From: Acidobacteriota bacterium
Lineage (GTDB): Bacteria; Acidobacteriota; Thermoanaerobaculia; Multivoradales; Multivoraceae
DNA: 64,000 nt
Assembly (NCBI GenBank): GCA_003388555.1
Contig: QQVD01000027.1
Span: 23,951-87,950, forward strand
Direction: 5' to 3'
Shown here: positions 9,335 through 18,004 of the stretch, piece by piece
Position numbering within the stretch: position 1 is the first letter of the stretch
Layout: the number at the start of each line of letters is the position of its first letter
Notes under the pieces: model-generated
What the model saw: only the letters and a program-made list of their open reading frames with translations
What the model was told of the DNA's origin: nothing
Databases searched by the model: none
Position numbers and translations under genes: made by a program

Positions 9335-10291
9335 ATGGATCGACCCCGACGCATCCTCTTCCCGACCGATCTCTCCGACGTCTCGCGCGCGGCGCTGCCC
9401 TATGCGGCGCAGCTGGCGAGAGGCTTCGACGCCGAGCTGCACGTGCTGCACGTCGACGAGCTGCACGACCTGTCCGACCACTGGCCGAACGCTCCCGGCA
9501 AGGACGAGCTGCTGGCGGCTCTGAACGAGGAGACCGGCGCCCTCTTCGACCGCCTGATCGCCTCGCTCGAGAAGGGCGATGGTGCCGAGCACGGGGTGCG
9601 TCTGCAGCGCGCCAGACGTCGCGCCATCGCCGCCGGGCCGGAGATCATCTACTACGCCCAGGAGAAGGACATCGATCTCATCGTGCTGTCGACCCACGGG
9701 CGGCGGGGACTGTCGCGGTGGGTCCTCGGCAGCGTCGCCGAAGAGGTGGTGCGCTACACCTCGCGCCCGGTGCTGACGGTGCCGGCCCGCGCCGAGGCGT
9801 CGCAGGGAACGCGTTGCCTGGTGCCGATCGACCTCTCGGAGCTCTCGCTCGACGCGCTGCGCGCCGCGGCCCAGCTGGCACGCACCACCGGCGCCGAGCT
9901 CGAGGTCTTCCACGTCGTCGAGAACCCGATGGCGCCGGTGGTGGTCGAGGGGTATCCGGAGATCCCCACGGTGCCGGTCGAGGAGCTGAAGAGAGCCGCC
10001 CAGGCGCAGATCGACAAGCTGCTCGGCAAGGTGGACCTCGACGGGCTCGACCACTCGGTGAACCTCGTCGAGGGGCGTGCCAAGTCGGCGATCCTCGAGC
10101 GCATCGAGCAGGGCGACATCGGCTTGGTGGTCCAGGGCTCGCACGGAGCCTCCGGTTTCACCCGGCTGCTGCTCGGCAGCGTCGCGGCCAAGGTGATGGC
10201 CCGCGCCACCTGTCCGGTACTCACCGTGAAGCACCCGAAGTCCGGCGCCGAGGACGAGGTGGCCGCGGCGCGTTCGCAGGCGAAGAGCTGA
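9335..10291 (+). CDS. Universal stress protein, tandem UspA domains
   Basis: Two UspA repeats each ending in the ATP-binding-like motif (VLSTHGRRGLSRWVLGSVAEEVVRYTSRPVLTV and VVQGSHGASGFTRLLLGSVAAKVMARATCPVLTV). Confidence 0.85.
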   Translation: MDRPRRILFPTDLSDVSRAALPYAAQLARGFDAELHVLHVDELHDLSDHWPNAPGKDELLAALNEETGALFDRLIASLEKGDGAEHGVRLQRARRRAIAAGPEIIYYAQEKDIDLIVLSTHGRRGLSRWVLGSVAEEVVRYTSRPVLTVPARAEASQGTRCLVPIDLSELSLDALRAAAQLARTTGAELEVFHVVENPMAPVVVEGYPEIPTVPVEELKRAAQAQIDKLLGKVDLDGLDHSVNLVEGRAKSAILERIEQGDIGLVVQGSHGASGFTRLLLGSVAAKVMARATCPVLTVKHPKSGAEDEVAAARSQAKS

Positions 10292-10303
10292 AGGAGGCCG
10301 AAG

Positions 10304-10762
10304 TTGGGCAACCAGGACAGTGGCGCGACCCCCTCCCGGGCGGTGCTCAAGGTCGCCGACCTGATGACGCCGGACGTCGCCTGGGTGAACGTCGACGAAG
10401 GGCTCGACACCGTGCGCAGTCTGATGGCCGATCTGCGCATCCGGCATCTGCCGGTGCTCGACGAGGACGGCGACCTCGCCGGCATCATCTCCGACCGCGA
10501 CCTGTTGCGTGCCTGCAGCTTCTTCGACGCGCACACCACCGCCGAGCAGGAGCGGCAGTGGCTCGGCTCGATGCGGGCGCGCGACATCATGACCGAGCAG
10601 GTGGCTACCGCCCTGGTCGACGAGGACATCCGCTCGGCGGCTCAGACCCTCTACGAGCTGAAGATCGGTTGCCTGCCGGTCACCGAGGCCGACGGCGTCG
10701 GGCGCGTCGTCGGCATCCTCACCGAGTCCGACTTCGTGCGGCTCTTCGCGGCGGGCGAGTGA
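10304..10762 (+). CDS. CBS-pair domain protein
   Basis: Two CBS motifs (VADLMTPDVAWVNVDEGLDTV...HLPVLDEDGDLAGIISDRDLL and ARDIMTEQVATALVDEDIRSAAQ...CLPVTEADGVGRVVGILTESDF); TTG start preceded by AGGAGG. Confidence 0.8.
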   Translation: MGNQDSGATPSRAVLKVADLMTPDVAWVNVDEGLDTVRSLMADLRIRHLPVLDEDGDLAGIISDRDLLRACSFFDAHTTAEQERQWLGSMRARDIMTEQVATALVDEDIRSAAQTLYELKIGCLPVTEADGVGRVVGILTESDFVRLFAAGE

Positions 10763-10789
10763 GCTCCCGTCGCACCGCGCCGCCTTCGA

Positions 10790-13235
10790 TCAGAAGTCCC
10801 AGCCGAACTGCACCCCGACGGTGCGTGGCGGCGCCCAGACCTGCACCGAGCCGGCCACCGAGAAGAAGATCTCGTTGACGATGTACTCCTCGTCGGTGAG
10901 GTTGCGCGCGTAGAGGCTGGCGAACCACGAACCGCGCTGGGGACGGTAGGAGAGCTGCGCCGCCAGCAGCTCGTAGGCGGGCTGGCCGAGGTTGCCGAAG
11001 CCGTCGTAGGCGACGTCGTCGGTGGCGTCGAGCTGCAGCCGCGTGGTGAGCGCGCCAGCCCGGCGCAGGTCCCAGCGGTGCTGCAAGGCGGCGCTGATCG
11101 AGTAGTCGGGCGCCCGGGGAAGCCCGTTGCCAGACAGGTCGCGCGTCGGCACCGCGGCGGCGGCCTGCGCCAGCAGCACCGGGTCGAAGATGCCCTGGGC
11201 CCGCAGCGCGTTCTGGGCCGCAGCGGCGGCCAGCGGATCCTGCGAGCGGAAGCTGTCGAACTCGTCGTCCAGCAGGGAGACGCCGAGGGTGAAGGTCAGT
11301 GCCCGGCTCGGCCGCGCCACCAGGTCGAGCTCGAGCCCGTTGACGGTGGCCTCGGCGGCGTTCTCCACGGTGGAGCGATCGGGGAAGAGGACCGCCACCT
11401 GCAGGTCGTCGTAGGCGTAGTTGAACAGCGCGCCGCGCAGGTCCAGGCGATCGTCCAGCAGCCGGGTCTTGAATCCGACCTCGGTGCTGAGGATGGTCTC
11501 CTCGTCGAAGGCGGGCTGCACGCTGATCGAGTTGAAGCCGCCGCTCTTGAAGCCGGTGGTCAGCGAAGCGTAGAGCAGGGTGCGCTCGCTCGGCCGGTAC
11601 TCGAGGCCGAGCTTCGGGGTCAGCGCGTCCCAGCCGCCCTCCTGGAGCTGGGTGAACGGCTGCTGCGTCTGGAAGTCGATCGTGGTCTGCAGGTGGCTCT
11701 TGTCGTCGTCGGTGTAGCGCAGGCCACCGGTGAGGGTCCAGCGGTCGCCGAGATGCCAGTACCCCTGGCCGTAGACGGCGTACGAGTCGGTCTCCAGATC
11801 GGTGACGAAGAAGTTGCCGGTCGAGACGTTGCCGGGCAGCGACAGGCCGAGGAAGGGGGCGATCGCGCTGTAGTAGTCGATGCCGCAGAGGAAGCTCGGT
11901 GCGATGAAGCCGAGCGAGCAGAAAGTCGACGGGTCGAAGAGGAAGAGGCCCGGGTTGTTGGCGAAGAAGTCGACCTCGAAGAGCGCCAGATCGGTGCGTG
12001 TGTCGATCTGGTTGAAGCCCTCTTCGTGAAAGAAGTAGACGCCGGCGATCCAGTCGGTGCGCTCGGTGCGGCCGTCGAGCTTGATCTCCTGCGACCACCA
12101 CTCTCCCTCGAGCTCCGAGAGGTTCTCGACGAAGTCGAGCGGAGTGCCGTCGATGTCCGCCTGGCGCAGCGAGTCGAAGTCGCGTAGGCCGGTGAGCGAC
12201 TGCAGGTTGACGCGCAGCGTCAGCACCCACGAGAGATCGAGCGAAAGGCCGTTCTCCTCGTAGGTCGCGATCGGAGGTACGTTCGCCGCGATGCGGTGCA
12301 CGTCGGCGGGGGCCGTCGGCAGCCCGTAGAAGCGCTGCAGGGTTCCCAGCGTGCTCAGCGGCGAGATGTCGCCCGGGCGCAGGTTGAAGTTGTTGTGGGC
12401 GTCGTCCTCGGTGAGGTCGCCGCGCAGCGTCAGGCTCACGGCGTCGGTCGGCAGCAACGTCAGGCCGAGCCGGAGGCTGTGTCCATCGAGGTTGTCGAAC
12501 CGGCGGTCGAGCAGCTCGTTGTAGGTGTAGTCCTCGTTCTGGGTCAGCGATCCGGCGAAGCGGGCCCAGACGCGCTCGCTGGCGGCACCGCCGACGGCCA
12601 GCTCGAGCTGGCTCTCGGTCGCCCCCGTGTCTTCGCTGTCGAGCTCGCCGTAGCTGGCGCTGATGCGCCCGCTGAGCTCGCGGCCCGGCGCCGTGGTCAG
12701 CACGTTGAGCGCGCCGCCGGTGGAGTTGCGGCCCCACAGCGTGCCCTGCGGACCGCGCAGCACCTCGACCCGTTCGAGGTCGAGGAACTGGTTGACGAAG
12801 CCCTGCGGCCGCGGCACGTAGAAGCCGTCGACGTAGAAGCCGACCGTCGACTCGGTGCCGAGCCCGAAGGTGTTCGAGCCGATGCCGCGGATCGAGATCG
12901 TCATCTCGCCGTTGCTGGGAGCCTGGCCGGTGACGACCATGCCCGGCGTCGAATCGGCGAGCTCCTGGAGGTCGTCGATGGCGCGCTCGTCCAGCTCCTC
13001 GCCGGAGACCGCGATCACCGAGATGGGCACCTCCTGGAGGTCCTGCTCGACCCGCTGCGCGGTGACGGTGACCGTCTCTTCGACCGGGTCGCTGGCCGGC
13101 TGCTGCGCGGCGGCTGGCAGCGAGCCGAGCAGCGTCGACGTGGAGCAGAGAGCTGCGGCGATCCACCCCGGCCGGGCGGGTCGCCGGCGCGGGCCGTGCG
13201 GAGTGGCGGATTCGTCGCGGTCTGGGTGCATCATG
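10790..13235 (-). CDS. TonB-dependent outer-membrane receptor
   Basis: Signal peptide then plug domain motifs (ETVTVTAQR, DSTPGMVV, EVLRGPQGTLWGRNSTGGALNV), ~800 aa beta-barrel, terminal aromatic ...GVQFGWDF. Start placed at the MMHPD methionines. Confidence 0.85.
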
Positions 13236-13471
13236 GTCGGGTCTCCGCGTTCGGACAGGGGACTGCTCGCTCCGTGCTGCGAGCCCTCTCGCCCCAAGGT
13301 CTCGACGAGACCGGCGCAGGTCGCAACGGTGCGTTCTGATTCGGTAGGGCGGTTGGCTGGCGCCCGTGCGGCAGCGTCGGCGCGCCGTCGGAGCCGGGCG
13401 CGGTCGGACCTTATACGACCGCGTCCAGCGCCGGGTTCAACGGCTCGCCGAAAGCCGCTATCGAACGGCGG

Positions 13472-15058
13472 TCATCCCCGCGGCAGGCCCAGGAGCTCGA
13501 ACATCGCCTGCCGGTCGGGACCTGCGGCGGGCGCCCGCAGCGGCTGCCGGGCCCACTCCGGCCTGACCCAGAAGGAGAGCACCCGCAACAGGATCCGCGG
13601 GTCCCCGAGCGCCAGGGCCGGGTCCTCGAGCATGTGGAAGCCGCGCATCAGCGCCCGCAGCACGGTGAGACTGCCGCGGCTGGCGACCAGCACCCCGTCC
13701 TCGACGAAGCTGCGACGCAGCCTCTGGCGCAGCCCTCGCATGGTGCCGCCCTCACGCAGTCTCGCCGCGCGCCGGATCGCCTCGCGGTCCTGCCGGGCCA
13801 TCGAGCGGTAGTGCGGCCGGATCTCGTCCTCCTGCGCCGCGGCGTAGCGCACCGCCCGCAGCACCGGATCGCCGACCTCGGCCAGCACCTCGGCGAGCAG
13901 GTGCGCCTGCAGGGCGCCGCTCGAGCATCCCCGGCCGTAGAGCGGGTTGGTGCGGATGGCGGAGTCGCCGACGGCGAAGAAGCCGAGCACCGACGGACGG
14001 CCGTCCTCGCTGCGGTACGAGATCCAGCGGCTCTCGAGGCCGCCCATCCCGTAGACCTTGGAGACCGGCTCGGCGCGGTCCGCCTCGATCCAACGTGCCG
14101 CCCCGGGGCAGGCCCGGCAGGCGGTGTCGAAGCCCTCCGTGGTCTGCACCGCGCGGCGCAGGGCGACCTCCTCCTCGGGCAGCGCGACGGTGACCGAGAA
14201 GTTGCCTCCGTCGGCCGGGAAGATGCCGAACTTGAAGTAGCCGAGGTCGCCGTTGCCTGGCAGGTCGCCGCGCGTCGGTTCGCAGCGCCCCTCGAGCAGG
14301 CGGTAGTGGCGGGTGAAGTAGAGGATTCCGGCGGGCGCCGACTGCTGCTCGCTGCGCACGCCCTGCTCGCCCAGCCAGGCCGGGAACCGGGTCGACTTGC
14401 CCGAGGCGTCGACGACCACGTCGAACTCCTGCTCGTGCAACTGGGCGTCCCCTGCGGCTTCGCCCGCCTTCGACCAGCGCAGCGCGGCGACGCGCGCGAT
14501 CCCCTCCGGTCCGGGCTCCAGGCGCACGCCGCGGATGGTGCGACCCGGATGGAAACGGACTCCACCGCGCCGCTCGACGAAGCGTCGCATCACCAGCTCG
14601 AGCGTGGTACGGCGGCTCGACAGGATGGTGAAGTCGTCGTCCTCCCGCCGCGGCACGTAGCGGGCCCTCAGAGCGGGTGGCAGGCCCTCTGCGAAGCGCA
14701 GCTCGCGACATCCGGCGGCGAGCAGCTCGCGCAGCAGATCGGGATAGCGGTCGCGGATCAGGTTGTAGAGCCGGGCCAGGAAGACGTGCGAATGACGCAG
14801 GTGGCTGACGCCCGGTCGCCGCCACGAGGCGAACGCCGCTTCGGGGTCGAGCGCGGTGTCCACCTCGTCGCGCTCGAAGAGCTCGATCTGGCGGTCCCCT
14901 GCGGCCTCCTGCATCGCGAGGGCGCAGGCCAGGCCGGCGATGCCGCCGCCGACGATGGCGATGCGCTCCGGCCCGGCGCCTCGCCCGCCCCCCTCGGTCG
15001 CGAGCGCGGCGGCGCGATCGTCAGTCGTCGCCAGCGGGTTGGAGGTGGTCTCGCGCAC
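13472..15058 (-). CDS. FAD-dependent oxidoreductase (monooxygenase/halogenase-like Rossmann protein)
   Basis: Dinucleotide-binding motif IAIVGGGIAGLACAL...ELFERD; ~500 aa; GDS motif (FFAVGDSAIRTNPLYGRG) typical of FAD flavoprotein monooxygenase/geranylgeranyl-reductase-like enzymes. Confidence 0.75.
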   Translation of the reverse strand: MRETTSNPLATTDDRAAALATEGGGRGAGPERIAIVGGGIAGLACALAMQEAAGDRQIELFERDEVDTALDPEAAFASWRRPGVSHLRHSHVFLARLYNLIRDRYPDLLRELLAAGCRELRFAEGLPPALRARYVPRREDDDFTILSSRRTTLELVMRRFVERRGGVRFHPGRTIRGVRLEPGPEGIARVAALRWSKAGEAAGDAQLHEQEFDVVVDASGKSTRFPAWLGEQGVRSEQQSAPAGILYFTRHYRLLEGRCEPTRGDLPGNGDLGYFKFGIFPADGGNFSVTVALPEEEVALRRAVQTTEGFDTACRACPGAARWIEADRAEPVSKVYGMGGLESRWISYRSEDGRPSVLGFFAVGDSAIRTNPLYGRGCSSGALQAHLLAEVLAEVGDPVLRAVRYAAAQEDEIRPHYRSMARQDREAIRRAARLREGGTMRGLRQRLRRSFVEDGVLVASRGSLTVLRALMRGFHMLEDPALALGDPRILLRVLSFWVRPEWARQPLRAPAAGPDRQAMFELLGLPRG

Positions 15059-15101
15059 GAGGCGGCATCATATGTTCCAAGGTGTCGCGCGGCCCCCGCG
15101 A

Positions 15102-15160
15102 CCCATCTGCCAGGACCCAGCTGCCAAGGACCCATCTGCCAAGGACCCATCTGCAGGAGA
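15102..15160. repeat. Tandem direct repeat, ~15-bp unit x ~4 (consensus CCCATCTGCCAAGGA) in divergent promoter
   Basis: CCCATCTGCCAGGA / CCCAGCTGCCAAGGA / CCCATCTGCCAAGGA / CCCATCTGCAGGAGA read directly; sits between the divergently transcribed FAD oxidoreductase and cupin/DUF1697 genes, ending at the cupin RBS. Confidence 0.6.
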
Positions 15161-15171
15161 GGAGTCGAGTC

Positions 15172-15732
15172 GTGAGTCGAGAGAAGCAGACGCAGGCAGG
15201 CGCGGGCTCGCCGTCCGGGCAGGAGTGCCCGCAGTTGGTGCGGCGTGCCGCCGCCGAAGCCTCGGAGGCCACTTTCCGCCATCCGTGGAACCCCCGCTCC
15301 GAGATCCGCGGCGCGGCGCTTTCGCGGCTGGCGGGCCTCGAGCGCGCCGGCGTCAGCCTGGCGCGTCTGGCGCCCGGCCGGGAGTCGTTCGCCTACCATC
15401 TGCACCACCGCGAGGAGGAGTGGATCTATGTCCTCTGCGGCCGCGGTGTGGCCCGCATCGACGGCACCGGGTACGAGGTCGAAGCGGGCGATTTCATCGG
15501 CTTTCCGACGCCCTCGGTGCCGCATCTGATGAGCAACCCGTTCGAGGAGGAGCTGGTCTACCTGATGGGCGGTGAGAACCTCGAGTACGAGATCGCCGAC
15601 TTCCCCGAGCTCGACCGCCGCATGCTGCGACGCGGCGACACGATCGAGATCTACCGGCTGAGCGCCGGCGAGCCCTTCCCGGCGGCGCCGTCGGCGAGGC
15701 CGGTCGACGACACCGATGGGGCCGAGGGCTGA
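15172..15732 (+). CDS. Cupin-domain protein
   Basis: Cupin motifs (FAYHLHHREEEWIYVLCGRGVARIDGTGYEVEAGDFIGFP); GTG start at 15172 preceded by GGAGAGGAG; annotated ORF start at 15082 runs through the tandem repeat and is probably too long. Confidence 0.7.
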   Translation: MSREKQTQAGAGSPSGQECPQLVRRAAAEASEATFRHPWNPRSEIRGAALSRLAGLERAGVSLARLAPGRESFAYHLHHREEEWIYVLCGRGVARIDGTGYEVEAGDFIGFPTPSVPHLMSNPFEEELVYLMGGENLEYEIADFPELDRRMLRRGDTIEIYRLSAGEPFPAAPSARPVDDTDGAEG

Positions 15733-16283
15733 TGCGGGCGGTCGCACTGCTGCGCGGCATCAACGTCGGCAAGGCGAAGCGCATCGCCATGGCCGACCTG
15801 CGACGGGTCGTCGAGCAGGTCGGTGGGCGGCAGGTCGCCACGCTGCTCGCCAGCGGCAACGTCGTCTTCACCACCGAGCTCGCCGAGCCGGCCGCGGCGC
15901 GGACCCTGCGCGAGGCGATCGCGGGCGAGCTCGGCGTCGAGTGCCGGGTCGGGGTGTGGTGCCAGGCGCGCTTCCGGAGCGTCGTCGACGAGGCCTTCGC
16001 GGCCTTCTCCGCTTTCCCGGAGATCGCGGCCGCGGCGCGCGAGCAGCCGTCCAGACTGCAGATCGCGCTCTATCTCGACGCCGCCGTGGCGCCGCGGCTA
16101 CAGCCGCTCGCCGAGCGCGACTGGGGCGACGAGGCGCTGCGGATCGGGGCCGATGCCGCCTTTGCCTGGTGTCCACGCGGCCTCAGCGGCGGCGAGCTCG
16201 CCGAAGAGCTGAACCGCGCCGCCGGCGCTTCCGTCACCGTGCGCAACGCAGCCACCGCGGGCCGGATCCTGGCGGCGCTGTGA
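15732..16283 (+). CDS. DUF1697 family protein
   Basis: N-terminus MRAVALLRGINVGKAKRIAMADL matches the DUF1697 signature (MxxYIALLRGINVGGKNK); start overlaps cupin stop (ATGA), suggesting an operon. Confidence 0.7.
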   Translation: MRAVALLRGINVGKAKRIAMADLRRVVEQVGGRQVATLLASGNVVFTTELAEPAAARTLREAIAGELGVECRVGVWCQARFRSVVDEAFAAFSAFPEIAAAAREQPSRLQIALYLDAAVAPRLQPLAERDWGDEALRIGADAAFAWCPRGLSGGELAEELNRAAGASVTVRNAATAGRILAAL

Positions 16284-16536
16284 GGCGTCGGGACGGCGGC
16301 GGGTCGTCGCTCGTCGTTGCCGCGTAGGGGATTCGCTCGTCGACTCGGTTCACACGGGCGCACGGCCGCCTGGCCCGGGTCGTACAATGGTGGGTTCCCG
16401 GGAGCGACGTGGCCCATCGTCCGGCGCGTCCGGATCGCGGGCAGACAGGGCAGACGACGGGTAAGGACGGGACGAGAGAACGCCAAGAGGCAGAGCTGAC
16501 GGAAGTCGCCACGCGCACAGAGCAGGGAGGATCGCC

Positions 16537-16719
16537 GTGCAGATCGATGACGAGACCTACCGCCGGATCGGCGAGCTGATCGAGAGCGATGAGAGCCCGG
16601 TCGGCATCGACGCCAAGAAGACCCACATCCTGATCCTGCACAAGCTGCAGCAGATCGAGGAGCGGCTGGCGCGGCTCGAGTCGGGTGTCGCGAGCCGCAC
16701 CGTCGGCAACGTGCCGTAG
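16537..16719 (+). CDS. Small acidic hypothetical protein (60 aa)
   Basis: GTG start 8 nt after AGGGAGG; composition (K, E, I, D-rich: MQIDDETYRRIGELIESDESPVGIDAKKTHILILHKLQQIEERLARLE) unlike high-GC noise; immediately upstream of the GST gene. Confidence 0.4.
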   Translation: MQIDDETYRRIGELIESDESPVGIDAKKTHILILHKLQQIEERLARLESGVASRTVGNVP

Positions 16720-16730
16720 GTACAGCGACC

Positions 16731-17450
16731 ATGTACGACCTCTACATCGCCAACAAGAACTACTCCTCCTGGTCGCTGCGCCCGTGGGTGCTGATGAGCG
16801 AGCTGCACATCCCGTTCCACGAGCGCCTCGAGTCGTTTCAAGGTGCCGACAACTGGTCGCGTTTCCGGCGCTTCTCGCCCACCGGCAAGGTGCCGACGCT
16901 GATCGTCTCGAACCCGAGCGAGGAGCGGCGCGCCGAGAAGGGCCTGGTGATCTGGGACTCGCTGGCGATCGCCGAGTTCCTCGCCGAGCGCCACGCCGGG
17001 GTGTGGCCCGAGGACCCGGCGGCGCGCGCCTGGGCCCGCTGCGCGGCAGCCGAGATGCACTCGGGCTTCCCCCAGCTGCGAGCCAACTGCTCGATGAACT
17101 GTGGCATCCGGGTGAAGCTGAACAGCGTCGGTCCACAGCTGCAGCGCGAGCTGGTGCGCCTCGACGAGCTGTGGGACGACGGGCTCGATCGTTTCGGTGG
17201 ACCGTTCCTGACCGGCACCGGCTTCACGGCGGTCGACGCCTTCTACGCTCCGGTCGCCTTCCGGGTGCAGAGCTACGGTCTCGAGATGGTGCAGAAGGCG
17301 CGTGAGTACGTCGACCTGCTGCTGGGCCTGGAGTCGATGCAGAGCTGGTACGAGGCGGCTCTGCGCGAGGAGTGGCGCGACGAGTCCCACGAGCGGGAGT
17401 GGCGGGCCATCGGTACCCTGGTGGACGATCTGCGCCGCAGCACGCGCTGA
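16731..17450 (+). CDS. Glutathione S-transferase family protein
   Basis: GST N-terminal thioredoxin-like fold (YSSWSLRPWVLMSELHIPF...GKVPTLIV) and alpha-helical C-terminal domain; ~240 aa. Confidence 0.8.
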   Translation: MYDLYIANKNYSSWSLRPWVLMSELHIPFHERLESFQGADNWSRFRRFSPTGKVPTLIVSNPSEERRAEKGLVIWDSLAIAEFLAERHAGVWPEDPAARAWARCAAAEMHSGFPQLRANCSMNCGIRVKLNSVGPQLQRELVRLDELWDDGLDRFGGPFLTGTGFTAVDAFYAPVAFRVQSYGLEMVQKAREYVDLLLGLESMQSWYEAALREEWRDESHEREWRAIGTLVDDLRRSTR

Positions 17451-17557
17451 AGCCCCACGGGTCGGGTGAGGCCGACCTGCCCCGGGCGGGTCCGAAGGAT
17501 TTGGGAGGTCTGCCCTCCGCAACGAAACCTATTTCCTTAGGAGACGTACGGGAGGTC

Positions 17558-18004
17558 ATGGCAAGACGTCCCAGCAAGACCCTGACCGACGCCGAGCTGC
17601 GCATCATGCAGGTGGTGTGGCGCAAGGGCCGCGCCACCGTGCGGCAGACCGCGGACGAAGTGCGCGAGCAGCGGGCGGTGGCCTACAACACCGTGCAGAC
17701 GATCATGGGGATCCTGGTCGACAAGGGCTACCTGAGGCGTCTCGCGGGCGACGGGCGGGCCTACGTCTACGAGCCGACAGTCAGCCGTGACGAGGCTCGC
17801 GCCGAGGCGCTCGGCCACCTGCTGGGCCGCTTCTTCGGCGGCTCGCGGCGCGAGCTGCTGCTCAACCTGATCGACCGCGAGCCGATCGCGGACTCGGAGC
17901 TCGACGAGCTGCGCGAGCTGCTCGGACCCGCGACTCCCTCGAGCGCCGAGGAGCCGGCCGATTCCGCCCCCGACCCCCGGTCGAGCGAGGAGGACCGCCG
18001 GTGA
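17558..18004 (+). CDS. BlaI/MecI/CopY family transcriptional repressor
   Basis: Winged-helix N-terminus LTDAELRIMQVVWRKGRATVRQTADEV...AYNTVQTIMGILVDKGYLRR characteristic of BlaI/CopY; stop overlaps downstream BlaR1-like gene (GTGA). Confidence 0.8.
   Translation: MARRPSKTLTDAELRIMQVVWRKGRATVRQTADEVREQRAVAYNTVQTIMGILVDKGYLRRLAGDGRAYVYEPTVSRDEARAEALGHLLGRFFGGSRRELLLNLIDREPIADSELDELRELLGPATPSSAEEPADSAPDPRSSEEDRR

Noticed and set aside
13634-15175. 513-aa plus-strand ORF antisense to the FAD oxidoreductase
   Set aside because: It has no motifs. The opposite strand carries a clear Rossmann fingerprint.
17455-17557. Possible BlaI operator in AT-richer patch (TTTCCTTAGGAGA) upstream of blaI-like gene
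   Set aside because: Only 10 of 13 positions are self-complementary, and the patch does not resemble the TACA/TGTA BlaI box. It is too weak to call.
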